Shown: one piece after another, positions 26,801 through 40,000 of the stretch
Position numbering within the stretch: the first letter of the stretch is position 1
How the letters are laid out: each line of letters starts with the position of its first letter
From: Pocillopora damicornis
Taxonomy: Eukaryota
Assembly (NCBI RefSeq): GCF_003704095.1
Contig: NW_020844379.1
Location: 62,001-126,000, forward strand
Direction: 5' to 3'
DNA length: 64,000 nt
Position numbers and translations under genes: made by a program
The notes under the pieces: generated by a model
Told to the model about the DNA's origin: nothing
Database searches by the model: none
What the model saw: the letters and a program-made list of their open reading frames with translations, nothing else

Positions 26801-28025
26801 TTAATTAATTGTAAAGTTTAATACATCTATTGAGTAGGTAACCTTTCAAATTATTCTAATAACAATTCCCTAAGCAATGAAGAGTTCAGTACTGATTGAT
26901 AAGCATCATAGAGACTGTGATGTAAATGATTGACTTCAGGGGAGGGAGGCTCGATGACAATAACTTTTGAAATCAACATGGCATCCTTAGTATGGGTCGT
27001 TATGTTTGTAGTGGATAATGTACTGTCAAAACTTAAAGGTTATTTGTTTAACAAAGGAAAGGTAATAGAAGTAATTGTTCGAATAGGGAGTTCTTTACAT
27101 TTTCATAGAGAGAGATTTGTTCCTTTCTTAAAGTAAGAATATGGATCATGTTCACAAGCTTTGCAATCTAGGTGAAGTTATTATGTTAATAAATATCTAC
27201 ACAGTTGGATCTTATTGAAAGTCACTTGTGAAGGTGAAATATCTTCAGTATCAATTAGAATACCTCTTCTATTGATGTTTCTTACTTACAATTATTGTGT
27301 GAAATGACTATGAAGAATTGTGCAAATGGTCCAAAACTTGTGTGAATACTTATGCGAAAAGTCTTTTGTTCAAAATGTCCTGTATTCTCTCGATGAATTC
27401 TCCACAAATCTGTGCTGCAGAAAACTGCACACTAAGCACTCTCTTATCAACAGAACTGAAGACATCCTACCCATGAAAGTAAAAGACAATGAACCTTTTG
27501 AGTATAGATCATAGTTTATGGATTACTAGAAAACAGGCACATTTGACAATTTTATGATTTCCTCCACGTGGTTGGGGTAATTTGACTTCCACTTTGATGA
27601 ACAACTATGAAGTTACCATGTCTAATTGGTCTACTCTTTTTTTCTTACCAAAATTTGTTTTACCCATTAAGCTGTACAAAAAATCATGTGATCTTGTAAG
27701 ATAAAATTAGCTTGATGTTGTAGACATGCACCCCTTACATAGTCAATCATCACCTAGAAGAAGAGATGTATCCATTAATTTGTTTTAATTTTACTGAATC
27801 TTCGTTTTACTTATTCTTTACCTTTTTAAGGTTGGATTTGAGGTTAAGCTCTGTGGTGGTAAACCTGGTGAGGCTATTTGCTCCATAATTAAGGAACGTG
27901 GCATTGATCTTGTCATCATGGGAAGCCGTGGAATGGGTGCTATAAGACGCACCTTTGTGGGAAGTGTCAGTGATTATGTCCTTCATCATGCACATGTACC
28001 TGTCATCATTTGCCCCAAGCATTGA
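23838..28025 (+). CDS. Universal stress protein (USP/UspA family); middle exon(s) probably lost in the assembly gap
   Basis: Exons 23838-23907 (MANPERIIGIPVDASDHSEKACD), 26179-26259 (WYLKNMKQANDVVVIIHVSE) and 27831-28025 (GKPGEAICSIIKERGIDLVIMGSRGMGAIRRTFVGSVSDYVLHHAHVPVIICPKH*). Complete ATP-binding motif G-2x-G-9x-GS. The phase 1 to phase 0 mismatch implies a missing exon. Confidence 0.92.
26269..26368. other. Assembly gap (100 N)
   Basis: Run of n. Confidence 1.
26369..27093. mobile_element. Foldback/MITE-like element with about 160-bp inverted arms, in USP intron
   Basis: The reverse complement of 26369-26535 aligns with 26941-27093 (ggagggagg..gaaatcaacatggc.tccttagt.tgggtcgt.atgtttgta..gtgga..atgtactgtcaaaact..tttaacaaaggaaa..gaagtaattgttc.aatagggagttc). 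The left arm is cut by the gap. Confidence 0.85.
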
Positions 28026-29602
28026 TGTTCATTACTTCCTTGATTTACTCATTGCATGCTTTAGGCATCAATTTCAAAATAAAATTGAGTGATTTGCAAG
28101 CTTCCATACTGTAACAGTAGGTAGTCATGATGAGTTCAATTTTTCAATGAGATATATAGCATATTTTAAAATATTCTCTGATTTTGATAAGAGTGTAATA
28201 GCAGAGATTTTCAATTTCTTTAATAAAGATAACAGTTCATCTCAGTGATTAAAAGTCTCATCATTCTAGTGTTGAAATCAATCATATTAGACTTAAGTCT
28301 ATGTTAAGTATTCTTACACATTCCAGACCATTCTTATCAGACTTATTAGCCAATGATGTTATCAGTCACTCAGCAATGTCTTCAAGAGAATATTGTTCAC
28401 TGGCTTCAGAGTGGTTCAGTGAGTCTACAAAAAAACCTGGCTAAATTAGTGCACAAGCTTCACTACCTACAAGTGTTTACAATTTGTATTGCTGTTTGTG
28501 TCTGTCAAATTTACCATAGTCCTTATCTAAAAACCCAATCTGCAGTATGCAGCCTGTTTTAAACCCCAGTCCATATTTCAAAGTCAAAATTTATATGTAT
28601 TTTTTCTGAATATGCTAGAGTTGGATCCATAGGTTCTAATGCATCAATTCAGAACATTCGTGTTTCCTAAACAAAATGAGGAAAAAAATCTCATAAACAG
28701 GATCAGGGTCCAAAGACTCCTGTGATACACCCCCACTCTCTACTGGAATAGTGGACTAACCCACCCCATCATAGACAATGGCAGGAGGTTCAAATAGAAG
28801 GCAGTTGTGACCACAGTTGATTGTGAATTATATCAAGGCTTCTTTATGCAAAAGTCCTCTTGACACAACTTTTTGTCTCAAGTCCAAATATGAATGATGT
28901 GATTGTTTTTGGATTTTAAGTATTTCTTGAAAGCTGTTGATTATGGGTATTAAGGTCATCTGATTAAAGAATAAACTATGGTCAGCCTTCTGATTTCAGA
29001 AACAAAATTATAAAAATGTTGTGAGTACTTCTCAACCTAACAAACAAACAAAATAATGCTCATCAAGAAAACTGAGAGGTATCAAAGAAACAAGAAATTT
29101 TGTGAGACAAAAGCCAAACTTTATGGAACTTATGCACATTATCATTTCTCTTCTTTTGAAAGATAGTTTGTGAAGTCCAACTTCTATTCTGAAGTCTGTC
29201 ATAACTTTATCTGCACCAACTGTTTCTAACAATTTACCCATGGTTTGGCACACTGCAGTAATAAGTGTAGTCACACTTTTGGAGGAACAATACCAGTTGT
29301 AATGATTGAATGAAGGTAAGCTGGGTGATTATATAGTCTGATCATCCAGGTATTCAACAACAGTGACAACCATTTCTTGTCAATCCCTAATGGTTGTTGA
29401 CTCTTGCCTGGACTGACAGAGCAAAATTGAGTAATAAGTATATGGCTGGAAATAACGCTACAAGAAAAGAACAGAACAACCCAGCTTTACTAAAGATAAA
29501 AACTGACCAATCACAACAGACTTGCACTTTTTGGGTCTTACAAGCAATCAATCAGTTTCAACAAAGCAGATCTATAACACTTGGCTCACAAAAAACTTGC
29601 TC

Positions 29603-29680
29603 ACTTGATACTGAAGACTTGTGCACAGATGTTGAATGTCAGTTACTCCTGACGACAACCGCACTTCACAGAACTTCTTT
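29603..29680 (+). mobile_element. Degenerate Penelope pLTR-like fragment, same family as 35560-35675
   Basis: cacttgata-ctgaaga-cttgtgcacagatgttgaatgtcagttac..gacaac resembles the minus-strand copy at 35675-35610. The GAAA core is broken. Confidence 0.45.
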
Positions 29681-30170
29681 TCCCAAAAAAAGAACAGACT
29701 ACATAGTCAAATGTTACTCCTACTTTTAAAACCACTCACTGAAAAAATTGTTGCTGTTTTTCAATGCAGGGAGCTATTTGTCTTATTTTTTTCCCTGAAG
29801 TTGTCCTTTGCTAAATATTTCAATGAAAATAAGACATCATACCATTAACCATCCCAAACAGCTTTGAGAGCCTGTGTTCCAGGCAGTTTTTCTTTTTTCC
29901 ATGCCTTGCTCAGTTGCTCTCCCCTAATCTCATCCAACACACCCAACTAAGCAGATTTTTTCCTTCAGTGTTATTTGCGATGTACATTCATGTCAATGAA
30001 CTATCACCTTCCCTTCACATACATGTAACCTCACAGCTCTTGTAGACATTAGCGACACATCTTGAATCACTTTACCAACAAAGTGGCCTGACTGTGCAGC
30101 AGAAAGCTGAGTTCTGAGTCAAACTTCTAGACACATTGCAACACCTAGTGCAGAATGAATCAGTTGTTCA

Positions 30171-33100
30171 TCAGGAGACTTTCTTTGCTCTCCAGTCAAG
30201 AAATTCATCAAAGTCACTATCATCACTATCACTGGTAGTTTCTCTTTGTGGCTGTGGCTGAAGACTTTTCAGATTAGAGAATTTGTCCTTTAAAGAACTC
30301 TGTTTATCCCGCAAGGCATCAGCTCTCAGAAAGTAGACTCTGATAACAGTAAAAAAGAACAATACAACCTCATAATGGATGAAAATAAAAGCAGAATCAT
30401 TTTTACCCTTTAATTTTCCCCTAGGAAATTAAAATCTAAGTGGCAGAAAAAACTACTATCCATTTATTACTGGCATAAAAACCCACTGTAGATGTTTATG
30501 AGAGCAAGGGAAAAGTTTGTAAGTCCCTCAACTGTTGTTAGTGATTTACAAGGTCTGCCAAGCAAACATGAAAAAATAATCAGGTCATATCCAGTTGTCA
30601 AGACTTCATCATATCCAATTATCATGACCTCATCTAAGCAATTGATGCTAACTGAAAGTTTTAATCAATGTTCAGGGTATTCCATTAACCTTTACTAAAG
30701 AATAATGAAAAGAGTTTCACCAATTGTTTGACTTTAAGAGACTAAGGTTCATTTAAGACAAGCATTCAAACAAAGACTATGACTAAAAACCCAAACACTT
30801 AGCAACAACAAAAATAAATAAGGTTCACTGTCACTAATAAACTGGTAAAAAAACAAACAGTGTACATGTTATTTAAAAGAAATTTAATTTTGTCCTAGTA
30901 AAGCTATCATTAGAGGGACTTAAAAACAATCATTATCAATACCCTAGGGTTTGTTAAATTTCAAAATTGTTCTTGTATCTGTGTTAAACTTAAGGTTAAG
31001 GAACCCACAAGTATTCAAACCTTTGCCATCTACATGGGTATCAAAATCAAGAAATGCCTCCTAAATAACTGAAGTTCTGGAGAGCTTGAGGTGATTTCAC
31101 ATCAAAATTATCATATTCCAATTCTGGCATTGATGTGTATAATAATTCCACATGTACATAGCCTCCAGATATTCAGTTCTTTAGTTTATCACTAATGGTA
31201 AGGTACCAGTAAGTGTAGGAGGGTATCATAGAGTTTCCAGCTATTTGATACACCATGTCAAATGCACACAGATCAGACAAGTTTCTTATTCAAAATGGTA
31301 AACTTGATGCAACCATAACAGTAAACATATGCAATCATCCACTGGTACCAGTGATCATTCAGTATATCAAGCACATGTTCAATGAGTTTTGAAATAAATT
31401 TAAGGAATTTTCCACACATTTTTTAACCCATTTCTCTGTATTATTCTTACATGTGTATGGATGTAATTTTGCTCAATGTCAACATGTTCAAATTTCATAC
31501 AGTTCACTTTTAAGTAGTGAATTACCAGCAATCTGAAATATTTGTTCCATGGCTTGTTCAATATAGAACAAGAAAATCCAATCAAGGTAGTCAGTCATCA
31601 TTCAATACCATCACCGTTCAACCCTTTGTTATCACCATTCTTATAAATAACACTATGTTTATCATGACCACCAACATTGTCATCATCATTACTTTAATTT
31701 ATAATTATTACTATCATCATCATCATAATTATTCACTACCTCTGTTCACTGAGTTCTGATAATTCCCTATTAACTCTGGACTCCTCGTCTTCTCCTTCAA
31801 CAATGGACTGTGACACCTGACAAAAACAACCAAAAGATACTAAGGAACAACAACCTTTAAGTTACATGTAAGTCCCCTTGGCTTACCTTCCCAGCTCCCA
31901 TCTGATGGCTGAGGGTCAAGGACTATGGATAACCTCTGTGAGTCCCCACTGGACCATATTCAAAGATAGGAAAATATTTAACTGTGACTATAGCACAAAG
32001 TATTCATCACACCATGTTTGAGCAGTTTACAATATCACACATGTTTCAGTTGCTACGTTTATAGAGTATTCCAAAGTTTTACATAGTTTAGGTATTTTTG
32101 TAATTATTTCAAGCTATGAAGTTATTTACCATTAATGAGCTTTTTTTAAAAGACCTGTTGATGTCACCTCATCAAAAAGCATTTCCTACCGAAAATGCCA
32201 CTCAAACCTAGACACTAGTAACTTCTTCATGTATGGTAAGATATATGATATTTAATTTGATTAGATAAAAAGTAACATACAATCAAACTTAAAATAACAC
32301 TGAATTCTTCTTAACTATAATGTAAAGCTCTTAATAAAGATCAAGCAAACAGAATGGACAAAATATATCATGGTATCACTCTGTAGAACAAGAATAAAAT
32401 AAACATGGAAAGCAGAGCAACAAAAAGGCTTCACTAAACAATCCAATTTGTTTTAATGTATAACTTTTCCCCCACCTGGTTTTCTACTTGCATTTCTTTC
32501 TGGAACTTTTCCCATTGCTCCTCAGCCTGATCTTTGTACTCTACTTTTCGGACCTTCGTGTACAGCAACAAGTTCCCAAAGAAAAGTTAAATGCAACAAA
32601 AACCATGACAGGTAAATTCCACATTTTATCAGAAAGAATCTATATTTATTCATAAATACTAGCACCGCACTGATAAACTAACTGTGTGACTGTGTGTTAC
32701 TCATAAGCATTCTGCTGCAAATGACCTCATCTTGAAAGTTACAGTGTGTACTGTAAGCACACAACCTCAATTCTCAGAGATTAAAATAAAGAGAGAAGTA
32801 AAAAAAAAACTTACATGTATGAAGCTTTTCAAGATAGGAGGGAAACTAAACTTACAATTTAGACACAACATGAATTGGATGACTTCCAAACCTTTGCATC
32901 TAGTTTTGGATCATCAAAAAATCCTTCCGGAATGCCCTCTGTGGAATCTCCACTTTCATGATTTTATGAAAAAAATTTTCCATGAGACAGGTGATCAGTG
33001 ACAAAATTAATTACCAAATGACAAAAATACATAATGTTAGTACATAAACAGCATGATACATTTTATGGAAATTTTCAGCTATGTTTTACTTAATTTGTCA

Positions 33101-36100
33101 CTTAATTCCAAACTAACATCTGTACTATGCTACCTTTTTTTAAGGAAAAATGGACTTGAAATGACTATTTAAAACAAAAAATTTTAAAACAGCTTTATGG
33201 TTTACATGATGTATTATACATGTTATTAATAAAATAATCATTGAATACCTGGCAATATGCTGTTGCATTTCAGACTTGATTTCATGATCAAAGAAGTCTG
33301 AAATAAAAACAGAAAGAAAATAAAGGTAAATCATTCCTTAAACCCCACATATCATCAGAGCATTACACTAATATATGCAAGCATAGTAAAACCAGCTCTA
33401 AGACCACCTTGTTTTCAAGCATCACTAGGACAGCTCTTCAAATCTGTCATCACAGATTCAAAATGAGAACCAGCACCAAACTCTACCACTTGTGATGTTA
33501 AGTTCTCTATCAGAATCGAACCTTCTGCTCCAGCTGAGGAAAACTTAAGTTCCTAAAGTATTATCTGGCTAGTTACAAAAAAAACTTATTCAGCACAAAG
33601 ACAATTACAAGTGAGCTGGAAACAATTTCTTACCCGAAGGTAAACCTGCCTGTTCATCTGTGGAAATCTCATCTTTTATCTCTTCTAAACTGTCTGTAAA
33701 GCTGAGATAATACCAGCATTACTGTCAAATGTAGTTAGTGTTTTGCACAAAAATTAAGACTACAGTCTGTAACAAGTTTTCAAAAGTTGTTGTGTTCACA
33801 TGTTTTTTAATTAATTGCTGATTTCCTCAGAGAAAAGCCTTCCACAGATGCATAAAAACTGCACCTTAAAATTGTGGCAAAGAGCAAGATGAGAATTTTA
33901 ACACTAATGCCCCACAATATGACTGCCTTTCCTGGTATTATTATATTTAGTATATTACATTTAGGTTGACCCATTCAATAGCAATATGTTTGTATATTCA
34001 TAAATTGGTTCTAATATTGCCATTATCAGTGTCACCTCTTTTGATTCAAAATTGACTTATGGTTGACCAGATTATATAATGGCCATGGAACCTCCCAGAA
34101 TTTTTTAATTAAAATGACACTTTAACACAGAGAAAAAAAAACATTTGAGCAGAAAAGTATTGTACTGTAAGTAATGATACAGCCATCAAGATATACCTGT
34201 TCGCGTCACTACTGTTATCAACTGTGGATGTTCAAAATATGAAATAAACATGTTATAATAATATATAGCCTACATCCTAAAATTAATAAATTTAAATAAA
34301 ATGAGTGGTGTAACAATTACTTTGCACAACAGTTACACTGTATGGTCTGTATCAGTGGTAACATGGTTAATATGTTGTATTTTGCAAAACACAGGCATAT
34401 GATTGATGACTTGAAAGATCTACATGTAAGATAAAAAAAAATTGTTTGCTAAGAAAGCTTAAAGTCTATCAATGAATGAAAGTCTTCTTAACAAAGAATA
34501 ACACTGACAAAATAACAAAGGCGATTCTATGAAAAATTTTAATGAACTGACCTTTTAATTTTTTTTTTGGTGCTTCTTCATTTGTTTCAACCTGTTGATT
34601 AATTTGTTCATAAACATAATATTCCTTAATTAGAGAGAATCACAAATTAAAGGAAACATTAAAGGTAGAACAAAATTGTTCAGTAATTTCTTAAAACACA
34701 CAGGAAACAACTAACTTATACATAAAAATCATTGTCAACATGATAGCTGAGGGTCCCCATTGGAATCCAGGATCAGATTTATTTGAAGGCCAGGATCCAG
34801 GAACTTAAAGTAACTAGGGGGTTAGATGTGGTATTGTTTTCATGAACAAGACATAGGAATTGACAATTTTGAGGGGCAGGGTTCAGCAAATAATAACCTA
34901 AATGAACTGAGAACAGGGAAGTCTGGTTTGATCTATGTGATCTACATGAAAGTTAAAAAAAGCCAAGCTTTGAATGCAGCCATTTTGAGAGGATTGCATT
35001 TCACTTCTTCCCACAAAACAATGGAAAACAATGAAACACAATCCCCTACAAACACCTGCATGAGAGGCTGAAAAAAGCTGTGCAGAGGTTTGTTATGACA
35101 TTCTCATCTGGGCACATGCCAGGCATACTGTCTTTACCCTGCACTGTTGCCTTCATTGCAACCCATTGGTGATATCTGGACAATCTGAGCTTTGAGCTGT
35201 ACTGTTATAGTGACCTTTGATTTCTTGGTGACCAACCAAATTATCAATTGGGAAAAATTGCAACACATTGCTCTTTGAGGATGTCAGCAACTATCAAAAG
35301 CAATTAATCAAATTACACCATTTAATCATAATTTAGTCTGGATTACAGGATTTGGGAATCCTTGTAGCTGTGCATGGTTTTGTTAGAACCAGGACACCAG
35401 GAACTTAACATGGTGATTTCCATTTCACTTTTTTACTTTCTACTTCAGACCCAAGTTACAGGGGAAGGATATTTTACCAGTCTGAGAGAAATTTGGAGTC
35501 AACCAATGTTTGGCATGTTGTATTTCTACTCCAGAGTAAATGGTTTGAACCCTGGGATAACATGTGATAGTGTAGTCTGATTGACCAGGTGTGTGTAGTC
35601 CTGAGAAGGACTGTTGTCAGTGGTGGTGACTGACATTTCAACAACCTTAGAGGTAGTCATCATCAGAATCAAGTGTCTTGCACATGCAATATGCAAAAAC
35701 ACTTAGGAATGTGCATGCACCATGTAGTTAGCACAATGGCACTTGCACTTACCACCTACAAAAATCTGTAAACATTACAGATTGAACAATTAGACTTTGG
35801 ACAAAACGAAACATTCACCAAGTGAATAGTTGATGTCAGTCAAATGTTCTAAGTCCACTACTTATAACCTGATTAGTGAGACTTCACAATATCAGATATT
35901 TATTTGGCTCATGCTTAACTTGCACATTTACAGGTAGGACTAGATATTGTCAGTTTTCACATTGGCATTAACAGCCGTAATCAAAGTTACCCTGCTTAAA
36001 CCTTTCCAGAAAGTATATTTCAAGAAGATAGCTTTTTTAACCATTTGCATTCTAAAACAAGATTCAGTTGACAGCCAATGGCCTTTCCTCCAACAATTGT

Positions 36101-36826
36101 GTTCAAAGACATCTTACCCTTCATCTTTGTCAATAATTACTTTCTCAATGAGCTATGTGTGTGCTCAAATCAGTGCCAACAGAACTTTACACTGAGGATT
36201 TAAGCCTGGAAAACTGACTTTCACCTCTCAATGCCTCTATTCAGCTAAATACAAAAGTTCTGCGACTGGATTTCACATTCAATTACAACCCAGCCTCTGC
36301 TGTGCATGTGCATATGGTTCGCTAAACCATACCCTTTCTGTTTGGGATTGCTTACCTACCTTGCCACTTACTTTAACTGGCTTTCGCACCTCTCGAACTG
36401 ATACATTTGCTTTAGACTTTCCTTTAAGGTCTGCCAAGTTCTGCCAGATGGAAAAAATAATTGGTTAAAAGTTGGGCATGGAACCTAAGACCTGACAATA
36501 ATTAAATGAAATGTTATGCACTATCACTTTCTACATTTGATGGTCACCTTTTAATTTACCTCTTTGTGCTTTTTACCAAGGACATGTGAGGTCCACAGAA
36601 ATTCGTTCTTTATGGTCATGTCACATACCACACAAGACAGCTGGCCAGCACTATTGTATCTGGTGAACGAAAGGGAACGTATAGCGAACCTCTAACCCAA
36701 AGATAATCGTGCTTCCAAAGATTGTAAGTTCCAGAAATAATACCTGGCCAGCGGGGAATCAATTGATGTTTTTGCTTCCCTCTTCCTCTTGACTAAACGT
36801 AGATCAACCTTTCTAGAAGCCATCAT
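30171..36826 (-). CDS. ZNF830: Zinc finger protein 830 (CCDC16/OMCG1), 11 coding exons
   Basis: Exons 36826-36744, 36659-36560, 36440-36360, 34591-34552, 34221-34197, 33701-33634, 33297-33249, 32952-32892, 32553-32476, 31816-31740, 30339-30171. Motifs: IDSPLARYNSAGQLSCVVCDMTIKNEFLWTSHVLGKKHKE (zinc finger), GLPSDFFD, IPEGFFDDPKLDAKVRKVE..EQWEKFQKEM, DEFLDWRAK. Confidence 0.95.
35627..35671 (-). ncRNA. Type I hammerhead ribozyme motif within a Penelope pLTR-like repeat (about 35560-35675), in ZNF830 intron 3
   Basis: Minus strand reads tgatt-CTGATGA-tgactacctctaaggttgtt-GAAA-T-GTC-agtca. Stem I tgatt/agtca (5 bp, one GU), stem II gac..acc/ggt..gtt, GUC triplet. The C-to-T change after GAAA weakens the palindromic stem III. 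Confidence 0.6.
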
Positions 36827-37088
36827 GACGCTTCACCACATATTGTATGTATGATTACACACAGTGTCCTGTAAGAAGTCTGTTATCAAGTCTTCAGAAG
36901 GAAGAGTAAGATGAACCACTAAATAGCTGTTACACTACATATTAATCTGTGCATTGCTTACTACCGCTGACAAATTAGCACCGTAGACTATCTGGGTACA
37001 CCAGTCGTCATCAAAAACAGAGGTACCGTGCAAAAGTGCTATTCGGCCGAAAGGTACAGACATTACCCGGAAAGATCGGTGACATACA
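36827..37088. promoter_or_regulatory. Bidirectional promoter between ZNF830 and MOCOS
   Basis: Divergent start codons only 262 bp apart, in a locally CpG-retaining island flanked by CpG-depleted gene bodies. Confidence 0.8.
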
Positions 37089-40000
37089 ATGCTGAACAAA
37101 GAGGCTGAGGAAGATGACTTTATAAATCTCTTCGGGAAACAGTATGGATATGGAAATAAAATTGATCAAATAAGAAAACAAGAATTTAAACGACTGGAAG
37201 GTAGGGATACTTTACTTATAATTATGTGACTGTTTGCGGGCCATCAAATTATGGAGTTAATTCATAGGAATGCAATTGCTGTTTAATACCCTATAACATA
37301 AGTTTTACGGTTATTTCATGTTCATTACTTCACCAAATTCAACTGAACGCACATCGTGGTATCCAGTTATCAGGGACGAACGAAACTGAACATTATCAAA
37401 GAAGGCTTTCGTGGAATCATGGTGTTGCGTAACATAGAGCGCCCATTGACCCCTTGCACAATTTATGACAATCAATGTGGCGCAGCGCCCTATAAATATT
37501 TACCTTACAATATGTGTAATATGGTGATTTCTATGTAGGATCTGATTGGTTCTTTATAAGTTTCTCTATTGGGTAATTATTCCACAGTCAAACCTCTCCA
37601 CAATGACCCCTGGGGGTCATTGTTGAGAGGTGGCTGCTGTGGGGAGATAGGTGTGTAATAAGACACCTGTCTAAGATCCCTGAATCACTCATGTCTATTA
37701 GCCTAAGATATTGTTCTTTAAAAGTAGTTAGGAAATGTCGTTGTATCTCAAGACACACCTCCTATAGGATTCTCTATATACTACCCCTGGTGGATTCATT
37801 CTCCCCTTGGGCTTTTTTAAAAAATATTCTTATGCTTGTTGTTGAGGAGAACATGAAGTTATTTTATTATTATCTGAATGAATTAATTAGAACATAATTC
37901 ATATACTGTAGGTATTACATATCTTGATCATGCTGGGACAACACAGTATCCACAGAGTGTTATTGCAAATGTTTACAGTGACTTGAGTTACAATGTGTAT
38001 GGAAATCCACACAGTAGGAACCCAAGCAGTCAGCTGTCAAGTGATGTCATTGACCAAGTCCGCACAAGGATTTTAAAACATTTTAATACATCTTCAGAAC
38101 AACACACTGTGATTTTCACTTCTGGTGCTACTGCTGCATTGAAACTTTTGGCTGAAAGCTTTGATTGGAAGGGAGCCACCAGTGAAGGAAGTGCTCATCA
38201 AAGTCATTTTTGTTATCTGCAAGAGAATCACACATCAGTGGTTGGTATGAGAGAAATAGCTGCTTCAAGAGGGGCCCAAATTAGTTCTGTTAATGAAAAA
38301 GACTTGGAAGAACAAATCATCTTTACAACAGAAGAGAAAAGGGAGGATTCAGATCTAAAACCATTTGATTCTGGGAGCAATGGTGTCAGAGAGACTGTTG
38401 ACTGTTGCCACAATTTATTTGCTTTCCCTGCAATGTGTAATTTCTCAGGGAAGAAGTATTCTCTTAAATGGATTTCTCAAGTTAAACAGGGATTGTTAGT
38501 CAAAAAGAGTCATTGGTGCCATTGGTGCCATTGGTTTGTTCTTTTGGATGCATCTTCATTTGTGAGCACTTCTCCATTGGACTTAGCATCTTGTCCAGCA
38601 GATTATATTCCCATTTCTTTCTACAAGATGTTTGGTTTTCCTACTGGTTTAGGTGCTCTTATTTTAAAGAATAGTAGTTCTTATTTACTACAAAAGTGTT
38701 ATTATGGTGGAGGAACAGTGCAAGCAACAATTACTGATGAAAGGTTTCATATCCTTAAGAACAATCTCACTGAAAAGTAAGTTTATCACATTTTTTTCTT
38801 TTTTGTCTCTTTAGCATTTGATACTTAAAGATCTACATGTACATGTATATCTACCAGTACTGTGAAGTCTCACCATAAAACAGGCTGTGGGATACAGTGG
38901 AAAAGTTATATTTGCACATTATTTGGCTTTCCTTAGTAGCCCCATCATGTGGCAAAGAGAAGATTATTAGGTATTGAATTGTGATTTTGAAATATAACCT
39001 CATGTTAGCTTCATGACAGTTAGAGATTGTTAGAGACAGTGCATGATGTGTCAATTGAGGTACATTTAATTAAATGGCATATATTATCCTCTTTGTTCTT
39101 TATGTCTTATAAAGTTATTGCCTCTTTTAACTAAGGTTCTAGAAAATATGTTTTCTCACTACAGCTAGCTAGTTATAATTCCTAGGTGGTGGAGGGAGCG
39201 GATTGTCACCTAGTATAAAGTTTCTTGAAGTGTTGTCCGTGACAAGTGTTGATAAGCTTCAATCTTTTGTAGTCTCAAATTTCCTTTTGGCAGTTGATAT
39301 ATCAATTGAATGCCAGTTAGTATCCTTTTGGTGATATGTGCAATGCTTTGGGTTAGATTAGAGAATATTTTTTCAGACCAACACAATGAGAGGTTGTCAT
39401 GGGATTAGATCAGGTTAATAGTACTTCAATATAATTTCAGGATATTGCATTCCAGCTAATTATTCTTCTGATTTGGTTGCTGGATAAGGAATTGTGAGAA
39501 GAGGTCCATCATATCCATCATTTCTATAATTTAATGGGTCAAATTGAAATGAAGGCAAGAGATTCAGGGTTTAAAAATGCCAAGGCAGCACCCAAACTTT
39601 CAACCTGAAATTCAGCATTCGTGGGATTTAAAAATTTAACTACCTAAAGATAAAGATTACTTTCTTTCTAGCGAGTCTGTTGCCTTATTTGGATATATCA
39701 GTTGTATCCTAATTAAGCTGGTAAATGTAATTCATGACAAGAGATTTCTTCAACTTTTCAGGTTTGAAGATGGCACAGTTCCTTTTCTTGAGATCATTGC
39801 TTTGCATCATTCCTTTCAATTGTTTGAACAGCTGGTAGGATCAATGAAAGATGTGTTGAATCACACCCATAGCATTGCTTTGTATGTGTATGAAAAGATG
39901 TCTGCAATGACACATAGTTCTGGAAAATCTGTATGTAAAATTTACTGCGAAACAGACTTTCAGGACAACACAAAGCAGGGCCCTGTTATAAACTTTAACC

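Noticed and set aside
23838-28025. USP as bacterial contamination or recent horizontal transfer
   Set aside because: Has spliceosomal introns, host-like composition and animal neighbours.
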